From assembly GCA_031414595.1 (NCBI GenBank), contig JANNVX010000095.1:1-51935 (forward strand): a stretch of DNA of 51,935 nt. The letters run 5' to 3'. The DNA comes from Deinococcales bacterium (lineage in GTDB: Bacteria > Deinococcota > Deinococci > Deinococcales > JAAFIG01). Of the stretch, positions 10,114 to 19,818 are shown one piece after another (position 1 is the first letter of the stretch; every line of letters starts with the position of its first letter). The notes under the pieces were generated by a model that ran no database searches, had not been told where the DNA came from, and worked only from the letters and a program-made list of their open reading frames with translations. The position numbers and the translations under genes are program-made.

Positions 10114-10293
10114 ACAAACCTCGAGAAGAATAAGAACCGAAAAGCAATACAACCCAGCATTCAGGTTTTTAATCGCCTGAATGTCCCATTAAAACGCTAG
10201 ATTTAAGCAAAAGTGTCACAAAAGTGTTGACTCTCTACACTACTTGTCTCGAGTCATTGTTCTGTCACTTTTCTGATTTAATTTGTCAGTAAC

Positions 10294-11796
10294 ATGAGAT
10301 TTTGGGTTGTAGTTTTTTGCTGTATTGGTTTTTGTTACGCTTCCTTGGCATTTGCCCAACTCGGCACAGCGTACAAAGCCCAGCATGGTTGGGGTTTACC
10401 GCGTAGCATTGCTACCTCGAGCATCACCCAAGGTGTGGTGGTAGATTCAAAACGCCTGATTGTGGCAGAAGCAATTGGTTTAGAGCAACGGGATTTATCT
10501 GGGCAAAATCCTAAGTTGCTGTTCACTCAATCTGGAATTCGTGATTTACAAGGGGCTGGTACGTCCACTAATTTGGCGCTGGCTTGGTATCGGCGCGACA
10601 CCCTTAACCCCAACGGTTTGTGGTGGTGGTTCAAAGGACAGGCTACTCTTGCGCTCGAGACTCCTTACACCGATTTCGCCTTGCTCGAGATGGCAAATAA
10701 ACCCGTGCTGATTGGTGTTGCCCAACAAGGTGAATTGACTGGGGTGGTAATCCAGTTTTGGAATGAAAAACCAAAAACCATTTTTCAAACCAAACTGAAC
10801 GTTGGGGCATTGGCAGCAAATAGTGTGGCGGGGCGAATCGGGATTGTGTTTGCTGAAGGTTTTCGCAATGGTCAGGACGAAAAGTACGACCTGCGTTTTT
10901 TGCAAGTATCCAACATAGAAAAGAATTTACCTGATGTGCAGTCTGCGCTACTTGCACCAGCCGTCTATCTTGGGCGCGGTCAGCGTTTTGGGGTGGCAAG
11001 CAAAGAAAATCAGTTCTTGCCGATTTGGTGGTACGAAACCCCTGAAGAACAACGCTTAGGTGCATTTACCAAACAACACAATCCGCGTTTGGCTTTGTTT
11101 GAGGCTGGCAAAATCATTGAATTTGCCCCGCCTACACCCTACCTTGGTCAAATTGGCAAGGCGCTGTATTACACCATCAAGGATCAAATCATCAGCTATA
11201 ACCTTGAAACCAAGCTGACTCGAGTAGAAATTACTGCTCCTGCTGGTTTTTCCAGTGCTAACCTCTCGAGCCAAGGTCTTCTGGCTTGGCAAAGTGTAGA
11301 ACGCGATGGGTTTAGCAGCCAGTTATGGTTGGTGGATTCAAATCAGCCGTTTAGCCCAAGTTTGATTGACCAAATTTCTAAGGTTTTGGGTTGGAATCCT
11401 TGGTTTCCTGCACAGAACTTTTTTGGGCAAACTGCCCTGTCGCTGATGTTAGCAGCCTTGGCAGTCTTGCTGGTTGCCCCGTTTGTCTGGTTGCTCCGAG
11501 GGCGTTTTGACTTTGGACAAGGCACTTGGTTTGGGATGGTTTGTGCTTGGGTGGTACTGCTTGGTGGGCGGATAGCAGGTAGTAGTTTTAATGCTAGTAA
11601 TTGGATTTTTGCGCCGCTCCTGAATGCCTCTTGGCTGATTGTGCTGCTTGGTGTGGCTGTGGGTAGTGGTTTGGTGTTCTGGCAACGCAAGCGCTTAAAT
11701 GGAACAGAACTTGGGGCGACCATTGCTGCAAGTTTGGTAGTGCTGGTGGGAACATTTATAACAGTTTTCTCGAGAATTGGGTTTTTACGATTCTAA
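10294..11796 (+). CDS. Hypothetical protein: signal peptide, beta-rich extracytoplasmic domain, ~4 C-terminal TM helices
   Basis: 500-aa ORF and its hydropathy pattern. Confidence 0.7.
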   Translation: MRFWVVVFCCIGFCYASLAFAQLGTAYKAQHGWGLPRSIATSSITQGVVVDSKRLIVAEAIGLEQRDLSGQNPKLLFTQSGIRDLQGAGTSTNLALAWYRRDTLNPNGLWWWFKGQATLALETPYTDFALLEMANKPVLIGVAQQGELTGVVIQFWNEKPKTIFQTKLNVGALAANSVAGRIGIVFAEGFRNGQDEKYDLRFLQVSNIEKNLPDVQSALLAPAVYLGRGQRFGVASKENQFLPIWWYETPEEQRLGAFTKQHNPRLALFEAGKIIEFAPPTPYLGQIGKALYYTIKDQIISYNLETKLTRVEITAPAGFSSANLSSQGLLAWQSVERDGFSSQLWLVDSNQPFSPSLIDQISKVLGWNPWFPAQNFFGQTALSLMLAALAVLLVAPFVWLLRGRFDFGQGTWFGMVCAWVVLLGGRIAGSSFNASNWIFAPLLNASWLIVLLGVAVGSGLVFWQRKRLNGTELGATIAASLVVLVGTFITVFSRIGFLRF

Positions 11797-11856
11797 GTGC
11801 TTTTTAAGCTGGTTTTGCAAGTAGGTACGCTATTAGACTCATGTTTTGGAGGGCAA

Positions 11857-12840
11857 ATGTTGTTGTTTATTGCCAAGCGCTTACTGAACATCCCAATTAT
11901 GTTTGTGTTGTCCACCTTGCTTGCCTTTATGATTATTCAAGCCGGACCTGGCGACCCTGCTCAACTTCAAGCCTTTGGTGCAGACCGTTATGGGCAACGC
12001 GAAGTTGACCGCTTCATTGTCGAATTTGGTTTGGATCAACCTGTTATGGTGCAGTATTTTCAGTGGCTTGGGCGGGCAGCTACGGGTAATCTTGGGCGCA
12101 GTCTCGAATCTGGGCATGAGGTTAGCCAGACCATGCGTGTTCCCGTTACCAATTCCTTAATTTTGGCTGGCTCGAGTTTAATTCTGGTGTTTATCATTGC
12201 GACTTTTGTTGGGGTTTACAGTGCGGTCTTTGAAAATAGTCCTTTTGATCGGTTGGTGAGTGCGGGGTCGTATGTGTTTTTGGGTTTACCCAGTTTTTTC
12301 CTTGCGATTTTATTTGTTGCCCTGATTCTCGAGCTTGGTTGGCGAGGCATTAGAATTTTTCCAATTGGCGGCATGACTTCCAATAACTTCGATGATTTAA
12401 GCTCTATTGCCCAAGTTGCCGATATTGCTTGGCATTTAATTGCCCCAGTGCTGTGTGTGGCTTTGTCACAAGTGGCACTCTATGCGCGTTTGCTGCGTTC
12501 TCAAATGATTGAATTTCTAGCCGATGATTTTGTGCGAACCGCTAAAGCTAAAGGCTTGTCGTCTCGAGTCGTTTATTTTAAGCACGCCTTACGAAATGCC
12601 TTAATTCCTTTTGTGGCGGGAATTGGTGGTTTGTTGCCTGCTTTAATTGGTGGGGCTGGGTTGGTTGAAGTGGTTTTTAATTATCCTGGAATTACTGGGG
12701 TGATGCTAAGTGCTTTGCAAGTCAAAGATTTTTTCTTATTTACAGGTTTGGTTTCGGTCAGTATTCTGATTTTAATTGTTGGCAATGTGATTGCTGATGT
12801 TTTACTCGCCATTGTTGACCCTAGAATTCGTTACCAATAA
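11857..12840 (+). CDS. Peptide/nickel ABC permease (OppB/DppB-like)
   Basis: PGDPA, FGLDQP..VQYFQWL, DFVRTAKAKGL..HALRNAL. GGAGG ribosome-binding site (RBS). Confidence 0.92.
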   Translation: MLLFIAKRLLNIPIMFVLSTLLAFMIIQAGPGDPAQLQAFGADRYGQREVDRFIVEFGLDQPVMVQYFQWLGRAATGNLGRSLESGHEVSQTMRVPVTNSLILAGSSLILVFIIATFVGVYSAVFENSPFDRLVSAGSYVFLGLPSFFLAILFVALILELGWRGIRIFPIGGMTSNNFDDLSSIAQVADIAWHLIAPVLCVALSQVALYARLLRSQMIEFLADDFVRTAKAKGLSSRVVYFKHALRNALIPFVAGIGGLLPALIGGAGLVEVVFNYPGITGVMLSALQVKDFFLFTGLVSVSILILIVGNVIADVLLAIVDPRIRYQ

Positions 12841-12849
12841 GGAGCTTTT

Positions 12850-13974
12850 GTGACTGCGATTGCCTTACCTCTGGTGCAGAAAACCCAATCGAAAAGCCAA
12901 TGGCAAGTAATTTGGGAACAATTTAAGAAACAACCCCAAGCTATTTTTGCCTTGTTTGTGCTGCTGGCATTGTACCTAGCGGCTTTTTTTGCTCCGTTTT
13001 TAACACCTTATGACCGCCAAGAAACTTGGGTTCTCGAGGGGGTGCGTTACCAAGCGCCTACTAAAGTACATTTTTGGGGAAATGGTCGTTTACAAGCTCC
13101 TTTTGTGTATGCCACAACCCGTAAAGTGGACGTAGAGAACTTTGAAACCAAGTTTATTGAGGACACCACTCAGAAGTTTCCGATTCGTTTTTTTGCTTCG
13201 CGTGGCGAACCTTATCGGCTCTTTGGGATTCTCGAGACTCGAGTTCGTTTAATCAGTGTGGAAAATCCAGCTCGGCTTTTGATCTTGGGTTCGGATGGAA
13301 CTGGGCGTGATATTTTCTCGAGGGTTTTACTCGGCGCACAGATTAGTTTAACAATTGGGTTTGTAGCGGTTGGCATCAGTTTTTTGATTGGTGCGGTACT
13401 AGGTGGTTTAGCTGGGTACTATGGTGGTTTCTTAGATTCGCTGTTAATGCGTTTTGCTGAAGTGATTCAAGCCATTCCGCCGTTTTTCTTGCTGATTGCA
13501 TTATCGGCACTTATTCCGTCTTTGTTGCCGCCAGAACAGTATTTTTTTGGTGTGATTATCATGCTGGGTTTGACTTCTTGGATGGATTTAGCCAAAGCCA
13601 TTCGCGGACTTGTGCTGTCTATTAGAGACCAAGAATTTATTGTTTCGGCAAGGGCTTTGGGCATTCCCGAAGGACGAATTATTCTGCGCCATATTTTGCC
13701 CAATACCTCCAGTTACCTTGTGGTACTGGGGTCTATTACCATTCCAGGAGCAATTCTTGCCGAGACTGGTTTATCGTTTATTGGTCGTGGGGTGCGAGAA
13801 CCGGGGGTCAGTTGGGGTTTGATGCTGGCAGATATTACCCAAAATGGTGTTTCTGGCTTAAATTTGCATCCATGGGCATTAGCTCCAGGTTGGTACATCT
13901 TGGTCACGATTGTGGCTTGGAATGTTTTAGGTGATGGTTTACGCGCTGCTTTTGACCCAAAGAAACGGCGTTAG
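12850..13974 (+). CDS. Peptide/nickel ABC permease (OppC/DppC-like)
   Basis: LGSDGTGRDIFSRV, EFIVSARALG..RHILPN, GDGLRAAFDPK. Confidence 0.92.
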   Translation: MTAIALPLVQKTQSKSQWQVIWEQFKKQPQAIFALFVLLALYLAAFFAPFLTPYDRQETWVLEGVRYQAPTKVHFWGNGRLQAPFVYATTRKVDVENFETKFIEDTTQKFPIRFFASRGEPYRLFGILETRVRLISVENPARLLILGSDGTGRDIFSRVLLGAQISLTIGFVAVGISFLIGAVLGGLAGYYGGFLDSLLMRFAEVIQAIPPFFLLIALSALIPSLLPPEQYFFGVIIMLGLTSWMDLAKAIRGLVLSIRDQEFIVSARALGIPEGRIILRHILPNTSSYLVVLGSITIPGAILAETGLSFIGRGVREPGVSWGLMLADITQNGVSGLNLHPWALAPGWYILVTIVAWNVLGDGLRAAFDPKKRR

Positions 13975-13983
13975 GAGGATTCT

Positions 13984-14514
13984 ATGAAAAGATTGGTGTT
14001 GGTTGGCATTATTGCTTTGGCTTCAACGGCTTTTGCCAGTGCCGTCACGATTCAATTCAAAACCAATAAACGCAATGCTGACACGATTACCAAGAATGGT
14101 AAGTTACTGGTTGAAGTCAGCGAATTGTCTTTTGCTTTGGGTGTGCAGTACGCTACCAATGCTAACTCAGTTACGTTTATGCTTGGTCGTAAAGCCAAAA
14201 CCACTGTACCGAGTTTCAAAGGTGGCACACTCGATTGGGATTATGTAGACCTGTTTGAAGTAGCCAAGAACCTAGCCTACACCGCTAAACTCGAGAAGCT
14301 CACGGATGCGAAAACCAAGGCGGTTTCTGAGGTTTTAATGGTTGATTATCCACAAAAAATTTTGTGTACCGATTTTATTTACTGGGACGATGCACAAAAA
14401 TTTTTTAATGCCAGTGCTGATAATTTAGCCAGAGATTTTGATCAACGCGACCCGTATAACCTTGACCGTGGTAAAGATGGTTTGGCTTGCGAATTTTTGC
14501 CCCGTGCGCGGTAA
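13984..14514 (+). CDS. Secreted protein with C-terminal Excalibur-like calcium-binding motif
   Basis: Signal peptide; C-terminal CTDF..WDDAQKFF...DPYNLDRGKDGLACEFLP. Confidence 0.65.
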   Translation: MKRLVLVGIIALASTAFASAVTIQFKTNKRNADTITKNGKLLVEVSELSFALGVQYATNANSVTFMLGRKAKTTVPSFKGGTLDWDYVDLFEVAKNLAYTAKLEKLTDAKTKAVSEVLMVDYPQKILCTDFIYWDDAQKFFNASADNLARDFDQRDPYNLDRGKDGLACEFLPRAR

Positions 14515-14540
14515 TTGGCTTTGACGTTAAAATATAACCT

Positions 14541-15683
14541 ATGTCATTACCATTAGGCTTTCGCGCAGGAGCAACCAAGGCTGGGATTAAACCATCTGGC
14601 AAAACAGATTTGGCACTGCTGGTCAGTAATTCAGCCTGTACATGGGCGTACTCGGGGACAACCAACCGTGCGGCTGCGCCGTGTGTGACCCGTAACCGCC
14701 ATTTACTCGAGTCCGAACTGCCTGTGCAAGCGATTGTCGTCAATGCGGGCAACGCCAATTGTGCTACTGGTCAAGTGGGTATCGAAACCAACCAGCGCAT
14801 GGCAGAAGTCACGGCTTTACAAATCGGTCTTCCAGCCTCGAGTGTGATTACCGCCAGCACAGGGGTAATTGGTGTACCGTTACCCGTCGAAAAAATCGAA
14901 TTGGGTTTACCCAAGATTACTTTGGCGCTTGACCTCGAGCCGTTTGCGCTTGGCATCATGACCACCGATTTAGTGCCGAAAACCGCGTCTGTGGTTCTGT
15001 CCAATGGGGCAAAAATCGTAGGGGTTTGCAAGGGCAGTGGCATGATTGCACCAAACATGGCAACGATGTTGGCGTACATTGTCTCAGATGCGGCTGTCTC
15101 TCAACTCGAGTTACGACAGTCTTTTCAGGGGATTGTTGAAGGCAGTTTTAACCAAGTCACGGTGGACACCGATACCAGCACCAACGACATGGCATTGCTG
15201 CTTTGCAACGGAGCGGCGGGAGCAGTGGATTTAACTGAATTCTGGCAGGGTGTGGAAACTGTGGCGGTCTCGCTGGCAAAACAACTGGCAAGGGACGGCG
15301 AAGGGGCAACCAAACTCTTGACGGTGCAGGTTATTGGCGCTCGCAACGACTTCGAGGCTCGAGAAGCCGCCCTAAGTGTGGCTGCCAGTCCACTCTGGAA
15401 AAGCGCAGTCTATGGCAACGACCCAAATTGGGGTCGAATCATGATGGCAATTGGCAAGTCTAGGGCTTTTTTTGAAACCACCACAGTACAAATTGCTTTG
15501 CAAAAGACGGTTTTGTTTAACGGTGCAGTTCTCGAGTTTGACCGCACTGCGGTGAGTGCTGCCATGAAAGCCGAAGAGGTTGTGGCGGCAATTGATTTAC
15601 GTCAAGGCACTGGAACGGGTACGGCTTGGGGTTGTGACCTGACCGAAGAATATGTGAAAATCAATGCCGAGTACACCACCTAA
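14541..15683 (+). CDS. argJ: Bifunctional glutamate N-acetyltransferase/amino-acid acetyltransferase ArgJ
   Basis: [46 protein letters not shown]-terminal INAEYTT. Confidence 0.96.
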   Translation: MSLPLGFRAGATKAGIKPSGKTDLALLVSNSACTWAYSGTTNRAAAPCVTRNRHLLESELPVQAIVVNAGNANCATGQVGIETNQRMAEVTALQIGLPASSVITASTGVIGVPLPVEKIELGLPKITLALDLEPFALGIMTTDLVPKTASVVLSNGAKIVGVCKGSGMIAPNMATMLAYIVSDAAVSQLELRQSFQGIVEGSFNQVTVDTDTSTNDMALLLCNGAAGAVDLTEFWQGVETVAVSLAKQLARDGEGATKLLTVQVIGARNDFEAREAALSVAASPLWKSAVYGNDPNWGRIMMAIGKSRAFFETTTVQIALQKTVLFNGAVLEFDRTAVSAAMKAEEVVAAIDLRQGTGTGTAWGCDLTEEYVKINAEYTT

Positions 15684-15741
15684 GTTGTTTTGTGCATTTC
15701 GCACAGCTTTTTTATAAAACTCGGGTAGGATGGGCTTTAGC

Positions 15742-17691
15742 ATGACCAACCCCGCCTCCCCGAGTGCCGCCGCAATTTTCGAGCAACAATTGCTTGAAGC
15801 TCGGATTTTGCGCCGAGTCAATGCGGCTGCCGCCAAACTCGAGCCGCTTCATGTGTTGAATGTGCTTTGTGCCGAAATCTGCAAAGCCTTGAGTGCTGAT
15901 TCGGCAGCCTTTGGGAATCTTAATTCGGCTCGGGATGCGATTGAAATTATTGCTGAGTACCGTACCAGTGGCTTAAGCGCCATTGGTGTGGTTTTACCGT
16001 TGTCGGGCAATGACATCACGCCACGGGTATTCGAGGAACGCCGTCCGATTGTGATTGCTGATGTAGAGAACGAAGTTCATTTTGGAGCAAATCGTGAAGC
16101 TGCGGGGCGTTTTGGAATTCGCAGTATGATGATTGTGCCAGTCTTGGCTGGCTCGGATGTGGTTGGCACACTGGGTATAGATTCATTAACCCTGCGTTCT
16201 TTTACGCCAGCCGACCAGAACTTAGCCATGAGCGTGGTTCAAGCCGCCATTCCAGCCTTAAAACAAACCCATATGATCGAGGCATTGCGGAACGAACTAA
16301 TCGAACGCCATGCAGTCGAAAATGCTTTACGCAGCAGTCAGAACCGTTTTATAGAGTTGGTCAATAATCTTGAAGGGATTGTGTTTGAAGGTGAAATTGT
16401 GAATCAAGTCTCACAACTCACCTTTGTTTCCAAACGCGCCGAACATATTCTAGGGTATCCGATTGATTGGTGGTTTGCTGAGCCGAATCGGCATACCAAT
16501 CCAATTTTTGCCGAAGACCGAGCTTTGGTGATCAAAAACATGATTCGCAGTTCTCGAGAACAAATTGCCGTGGATTTAGAGTACCGCATGATTAAAGCCG
16601 ACCAGAGTATTATCTGGGTGCGTACTCTGGCTAAAGTCGAGTCATTGGGGACAAGGGTTTTTTGGCGTGGTTTAACCACCGACATCACAGCGCTTAAAAA
16701 ACAACAGCTACTTGAGCATGACCGTAATCTTGCCCTCGAGTTAATTGCCCAAGGTGCGGATTTACCACGTATTTTGAGTGCCATTGCCGATTTGTTGTAC
16801 AGGCAATTTCAGCTGCCTTGTGGTGTTACCGTCTATCAAAATGATCAGGTTTTTTTACTTGCCAATGTGGCTATTCCCGAAATTGCCTTGCCAATGTTGA
16901 AACAAGTTAAATTGGGTGCAGAATTCCTCGAGATGCGTCTGGCTTTGCGTCAAGGTAAACCCTATTCTTTTTCGCTGGATAAAAACTTTTTATTTGAACC
17001 TGAGTTGCGTCTGGTTTTACAAGCCCAAGAACTGCACCATGCGGTGCTGTTCCCGATGCGACTCGCCACTGGTCAGGTACGTGGTGGAATGGTCTTTTTT
17101 TCAAAAACAGCCTTTGAATTTACCCTCGACCCGCGTGTCATCTCGAGTTGTGATTTAGCCGCGATTGCGATTGAACGCCAGCGTTTACTGGCTTCTTTGG
17201 AGCATCAGGCATTGCATGATATTTTGACAGGCTTACCAAACCGTGCTTTGTACAATGCCCATCTCGAGCAAGTGATTGCCCAAGCCACCCGCAATGGCTC
17301 GCGTTTTGCGCTGTTGCACATTGACTTAAACCGCTTTAAGCAAATCAACGACACCCACGGTCATTTGGTCGGTGATGCGGTGCTGGTGGCGGTGGCAAGG
17401 GCGCTTGAAAATACGGTTCGGGCTTCGGATACGGTGGCGCGGCTTGGCGGCGACGAATTCTGCATTATTGCCCCCGACATCAGCACCAGTGAGGATGCCG
17501 ATGTACTGCGAGAAAAAATACGAATTGCGATTGCCCAGATGGAACTCGAGCCAAATATCAAAATCGAAGCCGCGATTGGTTTTGCGATTTTTCCAATCGA
17601 TGCCAGCACCGCCGATACGCTCTACACGGTGGCAGACCGAGCCATGTATCAGCAAAAACATGCCTACTCGGGCAGTAGCGCACTTGGGTAA
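15742..17691 (+). CDS. Diguanylate cyclase (GAF-PAS-GAF-like-GGDEF)
   Basis: [33 protein letters not shown]-site, intact GGDEF. Start could be 15730. Confidence 0.9.
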   Translation: MTNPASPSAAAIFEQQLLEARILRRVNAAAAKLEPLHVLNVLCAEICKALSADSAAFGNLNSARDAIEIIAEYRTSGLSAIGVVLPLSGNDITPRVFEERRPIVIADVENEVHFGANREAAGRFGIRSMMIVPVLAGSDVVGTLGIDSLTLRSFTPADQNLAMSVVQAAIPALKQTHMIEALRNELIERHAVENALRSSQNRFIELVNNLEGIVFEGEIVNQVSQLTFVSKRAEHILGYPIDWWFAEPNRHTNPIFAEDRALVIKNMIRSSREQIAVDLEYRMIKADQSIIWVRTLAKVESLGTRVFWRGLTTDITALKKQQLLEHDRNLALELIAQGADLPRILSAIADLLYRQFQLPCGVTVYQNDQVFLLANVAIPEIALPMLKQVKLGAEFLEMRLALRQGKPYSFSLDKNFLFEPELRLVLQAQELHHAVLFPMRLATGQVRGGMVFFSKTAFEFTLDPRVISSCDLAAIAIERQRLLASLEHQALHDILTGLPNRALYNAHLEQVIAQATRNGSRFALLHIDLNRFKQINDTHGHLVGDAVLVAVARALENTVRASDTVARLGGDEFCIIAPDISTSEDADVLREKIRIAIAQMELEPNIKIEAAIGFAIFPIDASTADTLYTVADRAMYQQKHAYSGSSALG

Positions 17692-18482
17692 GAACCGATT
17701 ACTTTAACAAAACTGGCTTTTTGAAGCATCCCCAGCATCGCACTCGAGACCGCTTCTTGGTGTAAGCCGCCTTCGATGTCAACATAAATCAGGTACGAAA
17801 AAGCCCTGTCGCGCCGTGGACGAGATTCGATTCGGGTTAAATTTAAGCCCTTTAATTGGTTTAAGGTCTCGAGTAAAAACCCCGGGGTATGCCGCACCGC
17901 AAAGACCAGACTGGTTTTATAAGGCACATCTTGAATTGGCGCTTCGGCACGGGACAAAACCAAAAAGCGGGTGTAATTAAAATTTTCATCTTCGATGTTG
18001 GCGGCAATCACTTCTAGTCCGTAGAGTTGCCCCGCCCGCTCAGAGGCAATCACAGCTTCATCTTTTGCGCCTCGAGCCAGCAGTTCTTGGGCTGCGCCTG
18101 CGGTATCAAAGGCATTGACAGGGGTTAAATGATGTTCTGCCAAAAAACCATCACACTGGGCTAAGGCTTGTGGATGCGAGTGTACTTTTTTGATGTCGCC
18201 GAGTTTAACTCCGGGTAACGCCAGTAATTGGTGTTTAACTCGCACAATCACTTCACCAATAATATGCAAATCGGTATCTGGCAATAAATCCATGGCTTGT
18301 TGCACCATGCCAGCCAAGCTGTTCTCGACAGGCACAACCCCAAGTTCGGCTGCCCCGCTCGAGACCGCCCCAAAAACCTCATGAAAAGTTGGATAGCCGA
18401 CGGGCAGAGCCTTGGCACTGATTTCTAGTGCCGCTATCTCGCCATATGCACCCGCAACACCCTGAAAAGCAACTCGTGACAT
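17664..18482 (-). CDS. pheA: Prephenate dehydratase
   Basis: [32 protein letters not shown] domain with IESRP. Confidence 0.95.
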   Translation of the reverse strand: MSRVAFQGVAGAYGEIAALEISAKALPVGYPTFHEVFGAVSSGAAELGVVPVENSLAGMVQQAMDLLPDTDLHIIGEVIVRVKHQLLALPGVKLGDIKKVHSHPQALAQCDGFLAEHHLTPVNAFDTAGAAQELLARGAKDEAVIASERAGQLYGLEVIAANIEDENFNYTRFLVLSRAEAPIQDVPYKTSLVFAVRHTPGFLLETLNQLKGLNLTRIESRPRRDRAFSYLIYVDIEGGLHQEAVSSAMLGMLQKASFVKVIGSYPSALLPE

Positions 18483-18524
18483 GCTGTGCAGTGTACCGTT
18501 GTTGTGGCATTTTTTGCCAATCGC

Positions 18525-18533
18525 TGCTATACT
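18525..18533 (+). promoter_or_regulatory. Extended -10 promoter TGcTATACT
   Basis: Lies 6 nt before ATG-ACC-TGT-TAA at 18540. Confidence 0.55.
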
Positions 18534-18573
18534 CTTCCTATGACCTGTTAAGGGTTACTCGATTTCACATCAC

Positions 18574-18609
18574 ACCCCTTGGTGCTAATTTAAGCACGAG
18601 GGGTTTTTT
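18574..18609 (+). terminator. Intrinsic terminator-like hairpin upstream of the DUF4258-like gene
   Basis: ACCCCTTGGTGCT...AGCACGAGGGGT followed by a T run. Confidence 0.7.
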
Positions 18610-18651
18610 CTTAAAAATAGAAGAAAAAGTGAAATCGTAGGAGGATTAACC

Positions 18652-19056
18652 ATAAGACCAGCCAGCCTCATAGACCTTCAAGAACTTCTTTGGCATGGAC
18701 GTTATGCCGTGAAATGCCATGCGGCTCGTCATGCTCGAGCCGAAGGGTTCACCGAAACCGATATGGTTCATGTCCTCGAGAACGGACGCGAACTGGCGGT
18801 TTACCCAGAAGACAACCGAATGTTGGTGCTTGGGTATATTACCTTTAGCCCTCAATTACGAATTCCACTGCATGTTGTGGTGGATTACTCAGGCTACAGA
18901 TGGCTCGATATTGTCACCGCCTATATTCCAGACCAACCGTACCGTGTCGTCTCGAGGGAACGGGTTGCCATTCTGGTTTCCGAAAACCGCGAACGTACCA
19001 TTCGCCCAAGAGAACCACGCAGTCGCCCGAGGGGTTTGCGTTTCAACCAAATCTGA
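18652..19056 (+). CDS. DUF4258-like protein (probable AUA start; first canonical start is GTG 18709)
   Basis: GRYAVKCHAARHARAEGFTETDMVHVLENG...YPED.RMLVLG...PLHVVV...IVTAYIPD. AGGAGG lies 7 nt before ATA. Confidence 0.7.
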   Translation: MRPASLIDLQELLWHGRYAVKCHAARHARAEGFTETDMVHVLENGRELAVYPEDNRMLVLGYITFSPQLRIPLHVVVDYSGYRWLDIVTAYIPDQPYRVVSRERVAILVSENRERTIRPREPRSRPRGLRFNQI

Positions 19057-19099
19057 AGGCTTGTCCCTGCTTGGTTTCGAGTATTCTTAGGCTATTCCC

Positions 19100-19663
19100 A
19101 TGACCGAAACCGAATTGCTGCGCCCTAAAACCCCTCTGCCAAATTCACCGCGTAATTTTGCCGAACTCGAACGGTACTCAAGCATTAAACGCTTTTGGGA
19201 TTTACTCGAAGGGTGTCATCACAACGGGTTTACGGTGCTTGTGCCAAAGCGAAGCGAACCCCATTTGTGCCGTCGTGAAATTACGGGCATTACCCGACAA
19301 AAAGCCGGTGGTTTGCACAACGATGCAGCCCTTAAAGCGTCCTTTGAAGAAGATGAAGAACTGGCACTCGAGGCGTTTAACCTAATTCCCGAGGCAATGG
19401 AGGCAGTCCAAAAACTGCTCGAGGGTTACAGAGCGCCTTTTATTGAAATTCTCAGTGCTGCCTACCAACTCGAGTTTAGTATTCAATTGGCTTTTACAGC
19501 ACGGCGCGAATTACTCCTGAAAGCCAGTGCTGAATTTGTGCCATTGCCGTACTTAGAGCCGCCATTTCCGATTTCTTGGACACTCGAACCAATTCGTTGG
19601 CGGCGCGATGATTATAAAGTGCTGCTTGAACGAGCCGCATCAGGGTTGTTGCAAAAATCTTGA
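19100..19663 (+). CDS. Hypothetical protein
   Basis: 187-aa ORF with TAGGCT 6 nt before ATG. No family recognised. Confidence 0.65.
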   Translation: MTETELLRPKTPLPNSPRNFAELERYSSIKRFWDLLEGCHHNGFTVLVPKRSEPHLCRREITGITRQKAGGLHNDAALKASFEEDEELALEAFNLIPEAMEAVQKLLEGYRAPFIEILSAAYQLEFSIQLAFTARRELLLKASAEFVPLPYLEPPFPISWTLEPIRWRRDDYKVLLERAASGLLQKS

Positions 19664-19818
19664 GGCTTAAAAGAACAGACTGAGCGCCGATTTTTCGAGA
19701 ATGGGGCAAGTAAATGACTCCAAAAATGACAGTTAAAGTCGGCTGTCCAGTCTTCTCCAAAGCTCAACTCGAGGCAATGCGTTCAGGTGGGGTGCGTTGC
19801 CCAGCCATGATTCAGGGG

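Noticed and set aside
10114-10293. Cobalamin riboswitch upstream of the BtuF-like operon
   Set aside because: The region is short and AT-rich and I see no B12-box or GGGAA/GCCACTG core motifs on the minus strand, so the substrate is left unspecified.
17664-17691. 28-bp convergent overlap of the cyclase gene and pheA as a regulatory device
   Set aside because: Short 3' overlaps of convergent genes are common in compact genomes, and nothing else supports a function.
19494-19760. 88-aa minus-strand ORF
   Set aside because: It mostly overlaps the 19100-19663 gene in antisense and has no start signal or recognisable motif.
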